From the NCBI GenBank assembly GCA_965212055.1, contig OZ243041.1, positions 905,551 to 969,550 of the forward strand: a stretch of DNA of 64,000 nt, given 5' to 3'. The stretch comes from Fidelibacterota bacterium (GTDB lineage: Bacteria > Fidelibacterota > Marinisomatia > Marinisomatales > Marinisomataceae). The notes under the pieces are model-generated. The model made no database searches. It was not told where the DNA came from and saw only the letters and a program-made list of their open reading frames with translations. Both the position numbers and the translations under genes were made by a program. Below are positions 19,573-29,631 of this stretch, in pieces (position 1 is the first letter of the stretch; each line of letters begins with the position of its first letter).

Positions 19573-21310
19573 ATTGTAGTTGTTTCTGAAGATCAGTTAA
19601 TTCTGTTACAAGAGAAATCTCAGGTGAGGAACCATCATCTTCAAGACGTCTTATTTTATCCCGTAATACTTGAATTTTCTGTTTAATAGGTTCTTGTTCT
19701 AAGATTAAGACACAATCTTTTAAAATTTGATCCTGGCTTCCCTTTTCAGGTGAATGAATAGCAAAACTAGCGATTAAGTTTCGTTCTTCAGGAGTCCCTC
19801 CAGTTATTTCAAGTAATTGACTAATGGTATAATTTTTATCAATATTTTTGATAAGCGTTTTCATCACATTTTGTAATAAAGCATTGCTAAATAATTCAAT
19901 TGCAATTTCTTTAATAAAGGTTGGATAATGTAATCCAAGTTTAATGAGTTCTAATTGTGCTTTATCTGATAGAGAAGTATAATGAGTTTCTTGTACTTTG
20001 CTTTTATCTCCAACCTCTGGACGATATATTTTTGTTTTAATTGATTTAAATCGATTCAGAATTTCTGTTTCAGGAATGGAAATCTCATTAGACAATTTCC
20101 TAATTAAATCATCTCTAATAATTGAGTCAGATACCATTTTAATTTCACCAAGACATTCATCAACAAAGAGGGATCGTTGTGTTGCACTTTGTTTTAAAAT
20201 TTCCTTTTGTTTTACAATAAATGCAATTGGGTGAAGAGAGGTTTTGATTAATTGTTTGAATTCTTTTTTACTGTTTTTTTCTTTTTGGAAAAAATCGTCT
20301 GGATCATAGTCATTACCAAAAAATAGTACACGCGTTTCTATGCCTTGTTGTAATAAAGCATAACTCGCACGTATAGCAGCATTAACGCCTGCATCATCAG
20401 AATCATAAGCAAGAATAGCTCGACTAGTATGTTTTTTAAGTACAGCAGCATGTTTAGCGGAAAATGCAGTTCCTGATGTAGCAATTGCATTAGAAAAACC
20501 ATTCTCTACCAAACGAAGATAATCAGTTTGTCCTTCTACTAAAATTGCAAAATTTTGTTTTCGTATATTTGGCAATGTTTGGTATGCCCCATAAAAAATT
20601 TTGCTTTTTTGAAATAAAAATGTCTCAGGTGAATTAAGATATTTAATATCATCATCTGGAGATAAAGTTCTACCACTAAAACCAATTATTTTTCCTGAAA
20701 GATTAAAAAATGGAAACATTAATCTATTTCTGAACCGATCTACTAATCCTTTTTTAGATTCAGAAAATAAACCAGATTTCTTTAAAATATCTTCATCAAA
20801 TTTCCCTTTAACTTCTTTAAATAAACTATCCCAACTATCAAGGGAAATTCCTAATCGATATTGTTTAATCGTAGCATCACTAAACTGCCGTTTTTTCAGA
20901 TATTTTTTACCGCTACTAGCTTTAGCAGATTTAATATTATTTTCAAAATAAATACATGCTAGTTCATGGATCTCATATAGCTGGTCATACAGATTATCTT
21001 GTTCTTTATCCCCAATTTCTATTATTTCAATTCCATATTTTTTAGCAAGCGATCGTACTGCCTCTGCAAAACCAATACGTTCATGTTCTATTAAGAATTG
21101 GATGGCATTTCCGCCTTGACCTGATCCGAAATCATACCACATATTTTTATCAGCAGCGACACTAAATGAAGGTTTTGTTTCTGATCTAAAAGGACTTAAA
21201 CCAAAATAGTTTTTCCCTCTTTTTTTGAGATCTACATATTGTGAAATCACCTCAAGAATATCTACTTCATCTAAAACTCTATTAATGGTTTCTTGTGCAA
21301 TTCTTCCCAT
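19571..21310 (-). CDS. dnaG: DNA primase
   Basis: DRFRNRLMFP, KYLNSPET, VEGQTD, YDSDDAG, DPDD (TOPRIM). Confidence 0.95.
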   Translation of the reverse strand: MGRIAQETINRVLDEVDILEVISQYVDLKKRGKNYFGLSPFRSETKPSFSVAADKNMWYDFGSGQGGNAIQFLIEHERIGFAEAVRSLAKKYGIEIIEIGDKEQDNLYDQLYEIHELACIYFENNIKSAKASSGKKYLKKRQFSDATIKQYRLGISLDSWDSLFKEVKGKFDEDILKKSGLFSESKKGLVDRFRNRLMFPFFNLSGKIIGFSGRTLSPDDDIKYLNSPETFLFQKSKIFYGAYQTLPNIRKQNFAILVEGQTDYLRLVENGFSNAIATSGTAFSAKHAAVLKKHTSRAILAYDSDDAGVNAAIRASYALLQQGIETRVLFFGNDYDPDDFFQKEKNSKKEFKQLIKTSLHPIAFIVKQKEILKQSATQRSLFVDECLGEIKMVSDSIIRDDLIRKLSNEISIPETEILNRFKSIKTKIYRPEVGDKSKVQETHYTSLSDKAQLELIKLGLHYPTFIKEIAIELFSNALLQNVMKTLIKNIDKNYTISQLLEITGGTPEERNLIASFAIHSPEKGSQDQILKDCVLILEQEPIKQKIQVLRDKIRRLEDDGSSPEISLVTELTDLQKQLQ

Positions 21311-21311
21311 A

Positions 21312-21791
21312 TTATGAAGGTATTGTTATTGATTGATTAATACAATCTTTCATAGGATTAAGTAAAGAAATGATTTTTGACTCTTCTGTAAGCATAGTAT
21401 ATATATTGTTTGATATATAATTATCAAAAAACCATAAAAAAACAACTAATAATAGTATTCCTTTTAATATGCCAAATAGAAACCCAAATAATTGATTCGC
21501 CACTGAAAAAATATTTGAATTTTCATAAAGAAATGATAAAACACTTGTTATAAACCGAACTCCCATAATAGTGATAATAAAAATAATAATAGCAGAAAAA
21601 AATTGAGTTAGTTCCATATTGATATTAATAAAAGAGTGTAATTTTATAGTTAAATCTACATAAAAAGACATTGCTAGCCATATTGCAAGACCAATACCAA
21701 TAAATTCTGAAATTTCATCTAAAAATCCTTTTTTACTTCCTGAAATACCAATAAATAAAATTAGAATTGAAAAAAGAATATCAACAACCAT
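21312..21791 (-). CDS. CvpA family membrane protein
   Basis: D....GxKKGF N-terminus, four TM segments, GFLFGILKG. Confidence 0.8.
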   Translation of the reverse strand: MVVDILFSILILFIGISGSKKGFLDEISEFIGIGLAIWLAMSFYVDLTIKLHSFININMELTQFFSAIIIFIITIMGVRFITSVLSFLYENSNIFSVANQLFGFLFGILKGILLLVVFLWFFDNYISNNIYTMLTEESKIISLLNPMKDCINQSITIPS

Positions 21792-21797
21792 GGCTAT

Positions 21798-22235
21798 TTA
21801 AGATAATTTTGATTTTAAGATTGCTTGGGCCATACTACCATCAATCTTGCCTGCACCTTTTTTCATCACTTGAGGCATTACCTTTCCAAAATCTGCCATT
21901 GTAGTTGCACCAGTTTCTTTAATGATGGAGATGACGATTGTTGTGACTTCATTTTCATCCATCATTGATGGTAAATATTTCTCTACAATATCAAGTTCGG
22001 CTTGTTCTTGTATCACCAAATCTTCTCTATCACCATCTTTATACATTTTAATAGATTCTTTGTGTTGTTTGGCTGTTTTTTGTATTACTTGTAGAATTTG
22101 TTTATCATCCAATGAAGATCCAACTTCAATTACTTTATTTTTTAACTTCGAAATTAAGAGCCTTAGGGTATTAGCTTTTACTTTCTCTCCATTTTTGAGA
22201 GCAGTTTTCATATCATTTTGAATTTGGTCAAGCAT
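21798..22235 (-). CDS. yqeY: GatB/YqeY domain protein
   Basis: DMKTALK, ESIKMY, YLP, DFGKVM, IDG. Confidence 0.9.
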   Translation of the reverse strand: MLDQIQNDMKTALKNGEKVKANTLRLLISKLKNKVIEVGSSLDDKQILQVIQKTAKQHKESIKMYKDGDREDLVIQEQAELDIVEKYLPSMMDENEVTTIVISIIKETGATTMADFGKVMPQVMKKGAGKIDGSMAQAILKSKLS

Positions 22236-22238
22236 ATG

Positions 22239-22982
22239 TTATTTCCCTTCATTTATACGTTTCATAGATAGTAATAATTTATCTCGATTGGATTCAAAAC
22301 CAATAAATCTTCTTCCAGATTTTTTAGACACTAAACCAACGCTCCCAGAATTCATAAATGGATCAACCACCCAATTTAATTTAAAACTACTAGATTTTAG
22401 TATTCTGTTAATCACTTCATAATAATCTAAGTGGAACCATAAATTGCTTTTTGAATCTTGGTTTTTTTCATCTTCTACAATCTTACCATCTACTACATAA
22501 TTTTGATTAAAAATATAATCGTTTGTTTTGGTAGCAAACCAGATATCAAATAGTTCATTTTCCCATTTGGATTGACTAGAATCAGAATTTTCATTGTTGC
22601 GTTCTATGGTAATACGCGATTGTACATGAAATTTTTTTGATAATAAGGAATGATACATACCAGAAGATTCCCAAGGACAAAAAATATAGATTGAACCAGT
22701 AGATTTTAGTACACGACTTGATTCTGTAAGCCAAACCTCCATCCAATCTAAATAATTTGTATAGGTTGGAGAATTTTTCTTTGTTTTTTCGTTTTTAGGC
22801 CCATTTGAAGGTTCTGTAATGATTAAATCAATTGATTCATTAGGCAGTTCAACAAGACCATCAATTGCATCTGATAGAAAAACTCCTTCAGACAATTTGT
22901 TTTTAAATCGCATATCTTCATTTGTTTTAATAGCAGGTAAATAGCGATCTAAGTCTTTTACTGTTAAAATATCAGAATGCAT
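22239..22982 (-). CDS. N4/N6 DNA methyltransferase-like protein with degenerate motifs
   Basis: SIDLIITEPS, RVLKSTGSIY, VVDPFMNSGS, RRFIGFE: beta-class MTase layout. Confidence 0.7.
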   Translation of the reverse strand: MHSDILTVKDLDRYLPAIKTNEDMRFKNKLSEGVFLSDAIDGLVELPNESIDLIITEPSNGPKNEKTKKNSPTYTNYLDWMEVWLTESSRVLKSTGSIYIFCPWESSGMYHSLLSKKFHVQSRITIERNNENSDSSQSKWENELFDIWFATKTNDYIFNQNYVVDGKIVEDEKNQDSKSNLWFHLDYYEVINRILKSSSFKLNWVVDPFMNSGSVGLVSKKSGRRFIGFESNRDKLLLSMKRINEGK

Positions 22983-23045
22983 AACTGTCGGAATTTAACT
23001 TTATAAATCTAATTTAAAAATTGTAAGTTTATTCTCTTAGTCAAT

Positions 23046-23924
23046 ATGGAAAAAATAAAAATTGTAATGAGTAAACTTCCATCAATACCTTGGTGGGGAG
23101 ACGGGATTACAGCATATCCTGATAATGATATGATGAAAGCGGGAGTTATACCAAATCACACCCATGTAATCAAAGAACATAAAGCATTGGTAAAAGTTAT
23201 TAGTGATTTAGAATTTGATATTATATTTGTTCCTTTTTCAGAACAATTAGAAAATGCTAAAAAGTTTGATTTTGTATTTACAAGAGACCATTTCCTATGC
23301 AATCAAAATAAAGAGGTTGTTATTTGCAATATGCGTCTTCCTCAACGCTTAGAAGAAACAGATTTTGTAAAGGACACATTAGGAAAATTAGGGTATACCA
23401 TCAAAACACTTCCAAAAAATGAATGTATTGCAGAAGGAGGTGAATTTTTTTATCTATCAAATGAAAATATATTGTTGTCTGGATGTTCTCGTAATAACAA
23501 AGCTGGAGCTGAAACAATGGCAGAATTAATGGGAGTAAATTCGCTCAATATTATATATTCACAAGGATACCATCTCGATACTGCAATTTCCCCCATATTT
23601 GACTCTAGTAATAATTGTATTGCTTTGATGTGTGCAAAAGAAGTGTTTGATGATAATAATTACAAATTACTACAAACATTATGTAAACAGCATAATTGGG
23701 AACTCTTAAGCCAATATCATTCGAATAAAGAAGAATCTCTTAATGCCAGAACAGCAATGAATTGCTTAACTCTTCCTGGTCTTTTAGTAGGAACAAGTAT
23801 GATTGAAGATAAAAGAATTATGGAATTTGTTAGAACAAATCAAATTGAACTTATTGTAACTAGTGTATCACAATTTAACTTAAGCGGTGGATCAGTGCAT
23901 TGCTTAACAAACGAATTATTTTAA
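23046..23924 (+). CDS. amidinotransferase/dimethylargininase (pentein) family protein
   Basis: FTRD, EGGE, YHLDT, GGSVHCLT. Confidence 0.85.
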   Translation: MEKIKIVMSKLPSIPWWGDGITAYPDNDMMKAGVIPNHTHVIKEHKALVKVISDLEFDIIFVPFSEQLENAKKFDFVFTRDHFLCNQNKEVVICNMRLPQRLEETDFVKDTLGKLGYTIKTLPKNECIAEGGEFFYLSNENILLSGCSRNNKAGAETMAELMGVNSLNIIYSQGYHLDTAISPIFDSSNNCIALMCAKEVFDDNNYKLLQTLCKQHNWELLSQYHSNKEESLNARTAMNCLTLPGLLVGTSMIEDKRIMEFVRTNQIELIVTSVSQFNLSGGSVHCLTNELF

Positions 23925-24914
23925 TTATTTATCTTTAAAAAATTCCCAAATTAATTCAGAGCTATTTAAATCATCTCCCCAATCTTGGTGAAACCAAGTA
24001 TGCCCTTCATATTCCATTTTATAGAGAACCACATCAGTATTGTCATCACAATTATAAGAAATAAATTGGGTAGATTGCAGGCCATCATTGTTAAAATCTG
24101 GGACAGTTATTTGAGATTGATCCTGGCAATTATTGTTATTAGCCCAAAAATTATGTACAGTCTCTACTGGTACAGACCAAGAGGTACCATTATAGGGAAC
24201 AACAGTGTCAGCATTGCCATGAAAATGAATAATATTCTTCTTATTTGGTGGATTACAAGTATAGTATGCAGCATGTGAACCTGTAACTGAGCCAATTCCA
24301 TTAATTTCTTCAAGTTCACAAGCAAGTCTATAGCTCATAAACCCTCCTAATGACATCCCACATGAAAAAATTTTATCGGAATTAATATTATAGTCTGTTT
24401 TAAAATAATCAATCAATGCTTTAAAAAATCCAACATCATCTACACCATCAAATGTACCAACTACATTAACATCCCAACCAGTGGTACCAGTTAGATCTGT
24501 AGTCCCCTGCACATAAACTGCAATAAAATTTTCCTGGTCAGCAATTTGATCAAATCCTGAATAATTATGAATAACACTGGCACTACTAGTATATCCATGA
24601 AGAACAAACAACAAAGGAATAGAATAGTTTGGATCAAAGTTTGGTGGTACATGCACGATAAAGGTACGTTGATGAGATCCCCAAGTCGTTGAAAATAACT
24701 TGGTTTGTTCATCTAATGGGTACATTAGTTGTACATCAAGTTCAGTAGTATCACTACCGCCATTACCACCGCTACCGCCATTACCACCATTACCGCTACT
24801 ATCAGAAGGGTCTACAAAACCAGTAGGTTTTGTGATCATACTGTCCTTACCAGAACAATTAATAAAAATAAAACATAATAGGATGATGATTATGGATTTA
24901 CGATTTAGTATCAT
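23925..24914 (-). CDS. LpqC/PHB-depolymerase-like alpha/beta-hydrolase lipoprotein
   Basis: Lipobox-like FINC, Gly-rich linker, LHGY, DDVGF, GMSLGG, HGNAD, GHTW. Confidence 0.8.
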   Translation of the reverse strand: MILNRKSIIIILLCFIFINCSGKDSMITKPTGFVDPSDSSGNGGNGGSGGNGGSDTTELDVQLMYPLDEQTKLFSTTWGSHQRTFIVHVPPNFDPNYSIPLLFVLHGYTSSASVIHNYSGFDQIADQENFIAVYVQGTTDLTGTTGWDVNVVGTFDGVDDVGFFKALIDYFKTDYNINSDKIFSCGMSLGGFMSYRLACELEEINGIGSVTGSHAAYYTCNPPNKKNIIHFHGNADTVVPYNGTSWSVPVETVHNFWANNNNCQDQSQITVPDFNNDGLQSTQFISYNCDDNTDVVLYKMEYEGHTWFHQDWGDDLNSSELIWEFFKDK

Positions 24915-25500
24915 TAATAATTTTTTGTATTAGTTTTTCAATCTCAGATTCAAATTTAGCAAGAGAAGAATTATTTTCAATAATATAATCTGCATATTCT
25001 CTTTTCTTTTCATCTGGCCATTGCAGTTTAATACGGTCTTGAATGGTGTCTAATGATAAATTTCCTCTAGCTAAAGCACGTTCAATACGAACAGATTCAG
25101 GACTTGTAATTAGAATAAGAGGAACATTGGATTCATTATAATATTGATAAGAGCCACTTTCAATAATCAAAGCAGCATCAACAACAAAGATAGGGTGTTG
25201 GTTTTCATCACGAATTTTTTCAATTCTTTTTAAGGTTTCTTTATTTACAGCTGGATGAATGATTTGATTCAATTTTTTTTGAGACTCTTTATTGGCAAAA
25301 ACTACTTTTGCTAATGATTCAAGAGTAATACTATCTAACGTAGGAAAAGCGTCTAAAACTATTTGTGATATTTCTTTAGTGAATAAGAGTTTCTTGGCTT
25401 CTTCATCTGCATCAAAAATATATGCATTATATTTCTTACAAACATTGGATGCTACACTTTTTCCAGAAGCAATCCCTCCCGTAATACTTATAACAATCAT
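24898..25500 (-). CDS. coaE: dephospho-CoA kinase
   Basis: ITGGIASGKS, DAD, IHP, ADYIIEN. Confidence 0.92.
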   Translation of the reverse strand: MIVISITGGIASGKSVASNVCKKYNAYIFDADEEAKKLLFTKEISQIVLDAFPTLDSITLESLAKVVFANKESQKKLNQIIHPAVNKETLKRIEKIRDENQHPIFVVDAALIIESGSYQYYNESNVPLILITSPESVRIERALARGNLSLDTIQDRIKLQWPDEKKREYADYIIENNSSLAKFESEIEKLIQKIINDTKS

Positions 25501-26051
25501 TATTGTATCTTTTCTAAAATACGATGGGTGACTTCTTCAATAGCTCCTTTACCATCAATGGTAAGAAGTTCATCTTGATAAAATTTAATTAATGGTGCAG
25601 TAAGTTTTGAATAAACTTTTTGACGATTGATGATTACCTCTTCCGTATCATCGGTTCTACCAGAGTTTTTTGCTCTATTGATTAACCGATTAACTAAAAT
25701 ATCTTTATCAACATGAACATTAATAACATAATCAATTTGCAAATCAAGTTTATTAAAGATTGCTTCTAGTCCTTCGGCTTGAGGAATCGTTCTAGGAAAT
25801 CCATCTAAGACAATTCCTACTCCTTTTAAGGTAGTTAAAGTGTTTTCCATGATTGATAATAATACATCATCTGGTACAAGAAAACCCTGATCCATATAAC
25901 TTTTTGCTTTTAAACCAATATCGCTTTGATTATCAATTTCGTGACGCAACATATCTCCAGTCGATAAATGCATAAGGTTGTACTTTTCAGCTAAAATCTT
26001 AGCCTGGGTACCTTTCCCTGCTCCTGGTGGTCCCATAATAAGGAAGTTCAT
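25500..26051 (-). CDS. adk: adenylate kinase (short, LID-less type)
   Basis: GPPGAGKGTQA, STGDMLR, LDGFPRT, GRTDD; start trimmed to MNFLIMG. Confidence 0.95.
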   Translation of the reverse strand: MNFLIMGPPGAGKGTQAKILAEKYNLMHLSTGDMLRHEIDNQSDIGLKAKSYMDQGFLVPDDVLLSIMENTLTTLKGVGIVLDGFPRTIPQAEGLEAIFNKLDLQIDYVINVHVDKDILVNRLINRAKNSGRTDDTEEVIINRQKVYSKLTAPLIKFYQDELLTIDGKGAIEEVTHRILEKIQ

Positions 26052-26052
26052 A

Positions 26053-26526
26053 TTATTGTTGCATTGCCTTTGGTTTATCAAAAATTGTGTGCATAATAAT
26101 ACCAAGCTTTAATGGATTATTAGAATATTTTTCTTGTAATATTTTTACTTTAGATTGCGCATGAAAAAAATCATACTTAGTTCGAGTATGCTTAATTCTT
26201 GATTGTAAAGTCCCTAAATGACGATCATCCACCTTGCTCATATCATGCATATCATCAAAATGTTCCTCAAAACTTGGTTCAATATGATGCATAGATTGAT
26301 CTTGAACCGGTTGAGGGATTTTAACTTCTTTTACTTCTGTTTCCATTTTTTCAAATGCATCATTGAGAAAATCTAACACACTTTTTGTTTGAGGTGGGGG
26401 AACATCAGGAATAGTGTCCTCTATTTCTTTTTCAATAGGGGGTGGAATTACTTTTTTCTTTCGACTTCTATATGCAGAAAAAAGATAAAACGCTAAGATA
26501 ACAAGCCAATAAAATAACTCTTCCAA
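26053..26526 (-). CDS. membrane-anchored protein, YqfB-like
   Basis: N-terminal TM segment, C-terminal GIIMHTIFDKPKA; third gene after nfeD-floA. Confidence 0.55.
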   Translation of the reverse strand: MEELFYWLVILAFYLFSAYRSRKKKVIPPPIEKEIEDTIPDVPPPQTKSVLDFLNDAFEKMETEVKEVKIPQPVQDQSMHHIEPSFEEHFDDMHDMSKVDDRHLGTLQSRIKHTRTKYDFFHAQSKVKILQEKYSNNPLKLGIIMHTIFDKPKAMQQ

Positions 26527-26532
26527 ACTGTA

Positions 26533-27501
26533 TTATTCCTCGGAACTGTCCTGTTCTTCACTGGTACCAGCAATTGATTGTCTCATGCTAGTATCGGAAG
26601 CAATATTATTAAGCTTATAGTAATCTATAACTCCTAAATTACCTTCCCGGAATGCGTGTGCCATTGCCTTTGGAACTTCAGATTCAGCTTCAACAACCTT
26701 TGCTTTCATTTCTTGTTCAAGTGCAACCGCCATTGCTCTTCTGGTTTCTGCCTTGGCTTGTGCTACACGCAAATCTGCTTCTGCTTGGTCCGCTTGAAGT
26801 TGAGCACCGATATTTTTACCAACATCAATGTCAGCAATATCAATTGACAAAATTTCAAACGCAGTTCCTTGATTTAATCCTTTATTGAGTACATTTTTTG
26901 AGATTGAATCAGGATTTTCTAAAACTGCTTCATAATTTTCTTTGGAACCAATTGCACTGACAATACCTTCACCAACTCTTGCAATAATAGTGTCTTCTGT
27001 AGCGCCTCCAACTAAATTTGGAATATCGGTTCTTACTGTTACTCTTGCTCGAGCTCTTACTTCAATTCCATCTTTAGCAACTGCTGATAATTTTCCATCT
27101 ACTGGTGCATCAATTACTTTTGGATATACACTAGTTTGTACAGCAGATAATACGTCTCGTCCTGCTAAATCAATAGCAGTAGCAATTTCAAAGGTAAGAT
27201 CAATGCCAGCTTTAGAGGCGGCAATTAATGCATCTACAACCTTATCAACATTCCCTCCAGCCATGTAATGTACTTCTAAATCTGAACTTGAAACTTGATC
27301 TATCCCAGCTTTATTAGAGGCAATTAAACCATTAACAATGATGCTAGGGGGTACTCTTCTAAACCTCATACCAATTAAACTAAAAATTGTTACATGTCCT
27401 CCTCCAATACTAAAAATAGCTTGTAACCATAATCCAACTGGTACAATCCATAATAGTACGATAATAAATAATACTAACGGTATGGCAACATAAAGTCCCA
27501 T
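26533..27501 (-). CDS. floA: flotillin-like protein FloA (UPF0365)
   Basis: [49 protein letters not shown]. Confidence 0.93.
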   Translation of the reverse strand: MGLYVAIPLVLFIIVLLWIVPVGLWLQAIFSIGGGHVTIFSLIGMRFRRVPPSIIVNGLIASNKAGIDQVSSSDLEVHYMAGGNVDKVVDALIAASKAGIDLTFEIATAIDLAGRDVLSAVQTSVYPKVIDAPVDGKLSAVAKDGIEVRARARVTVRTDIPNLVGGATEDTIIARVGEGIVSAIGSKENYEAVLENPDSISKNVLNKGLNQGTAFEILSIDIADIDVGKNIGAQLQADQAEADLRVAQAKAETRRAMAVALEQEMKAKVVEAESEVPKAMAHAFREGNLGVIDYYKLNNIASDTSMRQSIAGTSEEQDSSEE

Positions 27502-27566
27502 TACTCCTCCTTTATATTCTTCTGTTTACTATACAATTTATTCATAAAAACTAACATAAATAAGCA

Positions 27567-28769
27567 CTATACCTTTGATCTTTTATCATAGTTGTCTTTT
27601 AAGGTTGCTTTATTTGAATCTTTGGTAATCAATTTTTGAAACATTTTTGATTGTGATATTAGACGAATTAACATAATCAATACAATAATACCTCCAACAA
27701 TTGCCCAAGCAAAACCATCTAGTGCTGCTGAATATATTTCATCACTCACGGGAACATCAGGAATTAACAATAAATATAAACCATAAAATAAAATTATTAA
27801 TCCTGCTATACCCAAAACACCAAATCCAGGTACAGCTACAAACTCTAATACTAATAGAGCTAATCCTGCAAAAATAATTAACAAATCTGTAGCTGAAGCA
27901 AGCTTAGTTAAATAACCAGCCCCTAATGCTAATGTTAAACAAATTATCCCAATAGTTCCTCCAATACCCCATCCTGCACTATATAATTCAGAAATAATTC
28001 CAATGGTACCAAAAGTAGTTAATAGAGAAGAAACAACAGGATCTGTAAGAATACGTACTAGGTCTTCGGACCAATTTTCATCCAAAGTAACGATATTATA
28101 ATTGTCTATGTTCAAATCTGTAAGAATCTCTTCAATGGATTCGCTTGTTCCATCCGCAATGTGATACTTGAGAGCAAGTTCGGTCGTAAGTGTAATTAAT
28201 TTTCCTTCTTTACGACCTTCTATATCATCTACTTTAATAGAATCGCCTTCAATTATAAGATATTCGAAACTTAATTCTTCATCAACCATTCCACGAGCAA
28301 TAGTAGTGTTTTTTCCAGATTGTTCTGCAGTAGCAGCCATTTCTTCTCTCATATAGCTTTGAGATTTTTCGGCTTGTTTTTCACCGCTCATATCTACTAC
28401 GCTTGTAGCACCAATTGTCGCTCCAGATGTCATATAGATTTTATTACATGAAAGGGAGATAAGAGAACCTGCAGAAATAGCACGTTTATTAATAAATGCA
28501 ATAGTTTGAATCTCAGTACTAGAAATTGAATCTTTTATTTGTGTTGCTGCATCAACCCGACCACCAAAAGTTTTAATATCAAAAATAATAAGTTCTGCAT
28601 TATTCTTTTCAGCAGCATTGATGGCACGATTGACAAAAGCAGGAATACCTAAATCAATTGTATCGTGGATTGGAACAACATATACTTGTGTTTTACTATT
28701 GCTAGCAATGGTAGTGCTAAAAATAACACATAAAATAAATACCACAAGCTTGTTAAATTTTGTTTTCAT
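27567..28769 (-). CDS. nfeD: NfeD-family membrane-bound ClpP-like protease, C-terminal OB domain absent
   Basis: TFGGRVD, AISAGSLI, GMVD, LITLT, TM bundle with PGFGV. Confidence 0.85.
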   Translation of the reverse strand: MKTKFNKLVVFILCVIFSTTIASNSKTQVYVVPIHDTIDLGIPAFVNRAINAAEKNNAELIIFDIKTFGGRVDAATQIKDSISSTEIQTIAFINKRAISAGSLISLSCNKIYMTSGATIGATSVVDMSGEKQAEKSQSYMREEMAATAEQSGKNTTIARGMVDEELSFEYLIIEGDSIKVDDIEGRKEGKLITLTTELALKYHIADGTSESIEEILTDLNIDNYNIVTLDENWSEDLVRILTDPVVSSLLTTFGTIGIISELYSAGWGIGGTIGIICLTLALGAGYLTKLASATDLLIIFAGLALLVLEFVAVPGFGVLGIAGLIILFYGLYLLLIPDVPVSDEIYSAALDGFAWAIVGGIIVLIMLIRLISQSKMFQKLITKDSNKATLKDNYDKRSKV

Positions 28770-28797
28770 TGCTAACACAAAGATTTACATTATAAAA

Positions 28798-29631
28798 ATG
28801 TATTGGTTTCTAAAATTTTATTCTTTTTGTTTGGAAAAATTGCCAAAACTCTTCCTCAAAATTAACTATAAAATACATTATTTTCTACTATTCCATATTC
28901 TAAAACTAAGAAAAGAAATGGCCATAGAAAATCTTAGAAGCGCCTTTCCAGAAAAAGACAATAATTGGCATAATACAATGATTAAAAAATGTTATCAATT
29001 TTATGTGGAAGAGGTTGTCGATTTCCTCAGTAAATATGCATATTTTGATTCAGAAAAAGTTCATCTAAACAATGTTCATATTCTTGATGAAGCACTACAA
29101 GAAGAAAAAGGGATTATTTTAGTCAGTGGACATTTTGGATCATTCCATAAATTGTTTGTTGCGATGGCAAAAAATGGTTATAAGAATATTGCAGGTATAT
29201 CATACAAGCAAAATAATCGTGAAGCTTCGAAGTTTTTTTTAGAACTAAGGAAGCCATATATAGCAAATGAAATGCATAAGGGAGGTCCAAGCAGTGAAGT
29301 AAAAAAATCATTACAAAATAACGAGATGCTTATACTTCTAAGTGATCAAGACGCAGGGAAAAAAGGTATTTTTGTGGATTTTTTTAATAAGCCTTCTTCT
29401 ACTCCTTCTGGAGCAGCAAGATATCATCAAACAATGGGAAGTCCACTTATTTTCTTTTCAATGGTCAAAACTAATAACCGCCACGAAGCCAACTTTGAAA
29501 GGATAGATACAACGAATATGAGCATTGAAGATACGGTGCAAAAATATACTTCGATGCTTGAACAAAGGATTAGAAAATATCCTGAACAATATTTTTGGCC
29601 TCATAAACGCTGGAAAACAAAACCACAATGA
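28798..29631 (+). CDS. lipid A late acyltransferase (LpxL/HtrB family)
   Basis: NLRSAFPE, GHFGS, LSDQD, FFNKP, YPEQYFWPHKRWK; start trimmed to MYWFLK. Confidence 0.88.
   Translation: MYWFLKFYSFCLEKLPKLFLKINYKIHYFLLFHILKLRKEMAIENLRSAFPEKDNNWHNTMIKKCYQFYVEEVVDFLSKYAYFDSEKVHLNNVHILDEALQEEKGIILVSGHFGSFHKLFVAMAKNGYKNIAGISYKQNNREASKFFLELRKPYIANEMHKGGPSSEVKKSLQNNEMLILLSDQDAGKKGIFVDFFNKPSSTPSGAARYHQTMGSPLIFFSMVKTNNRHEANFERIDTTNMSIEDTVQKYTSMLEQRIRKYPEQYFWPHKRWKTKPQ

Noticed and set aside
22239..22982. Active restriction-modification system
   Set aside because: The catalytic motif is degenerate and no endonuclease gene is nearby.
28618..28797. Long N-terminal extension of the lipid A acyltransferase
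   Set aside because: It overlaps the divergent nfeD; ATG 28798 gives a normal length.
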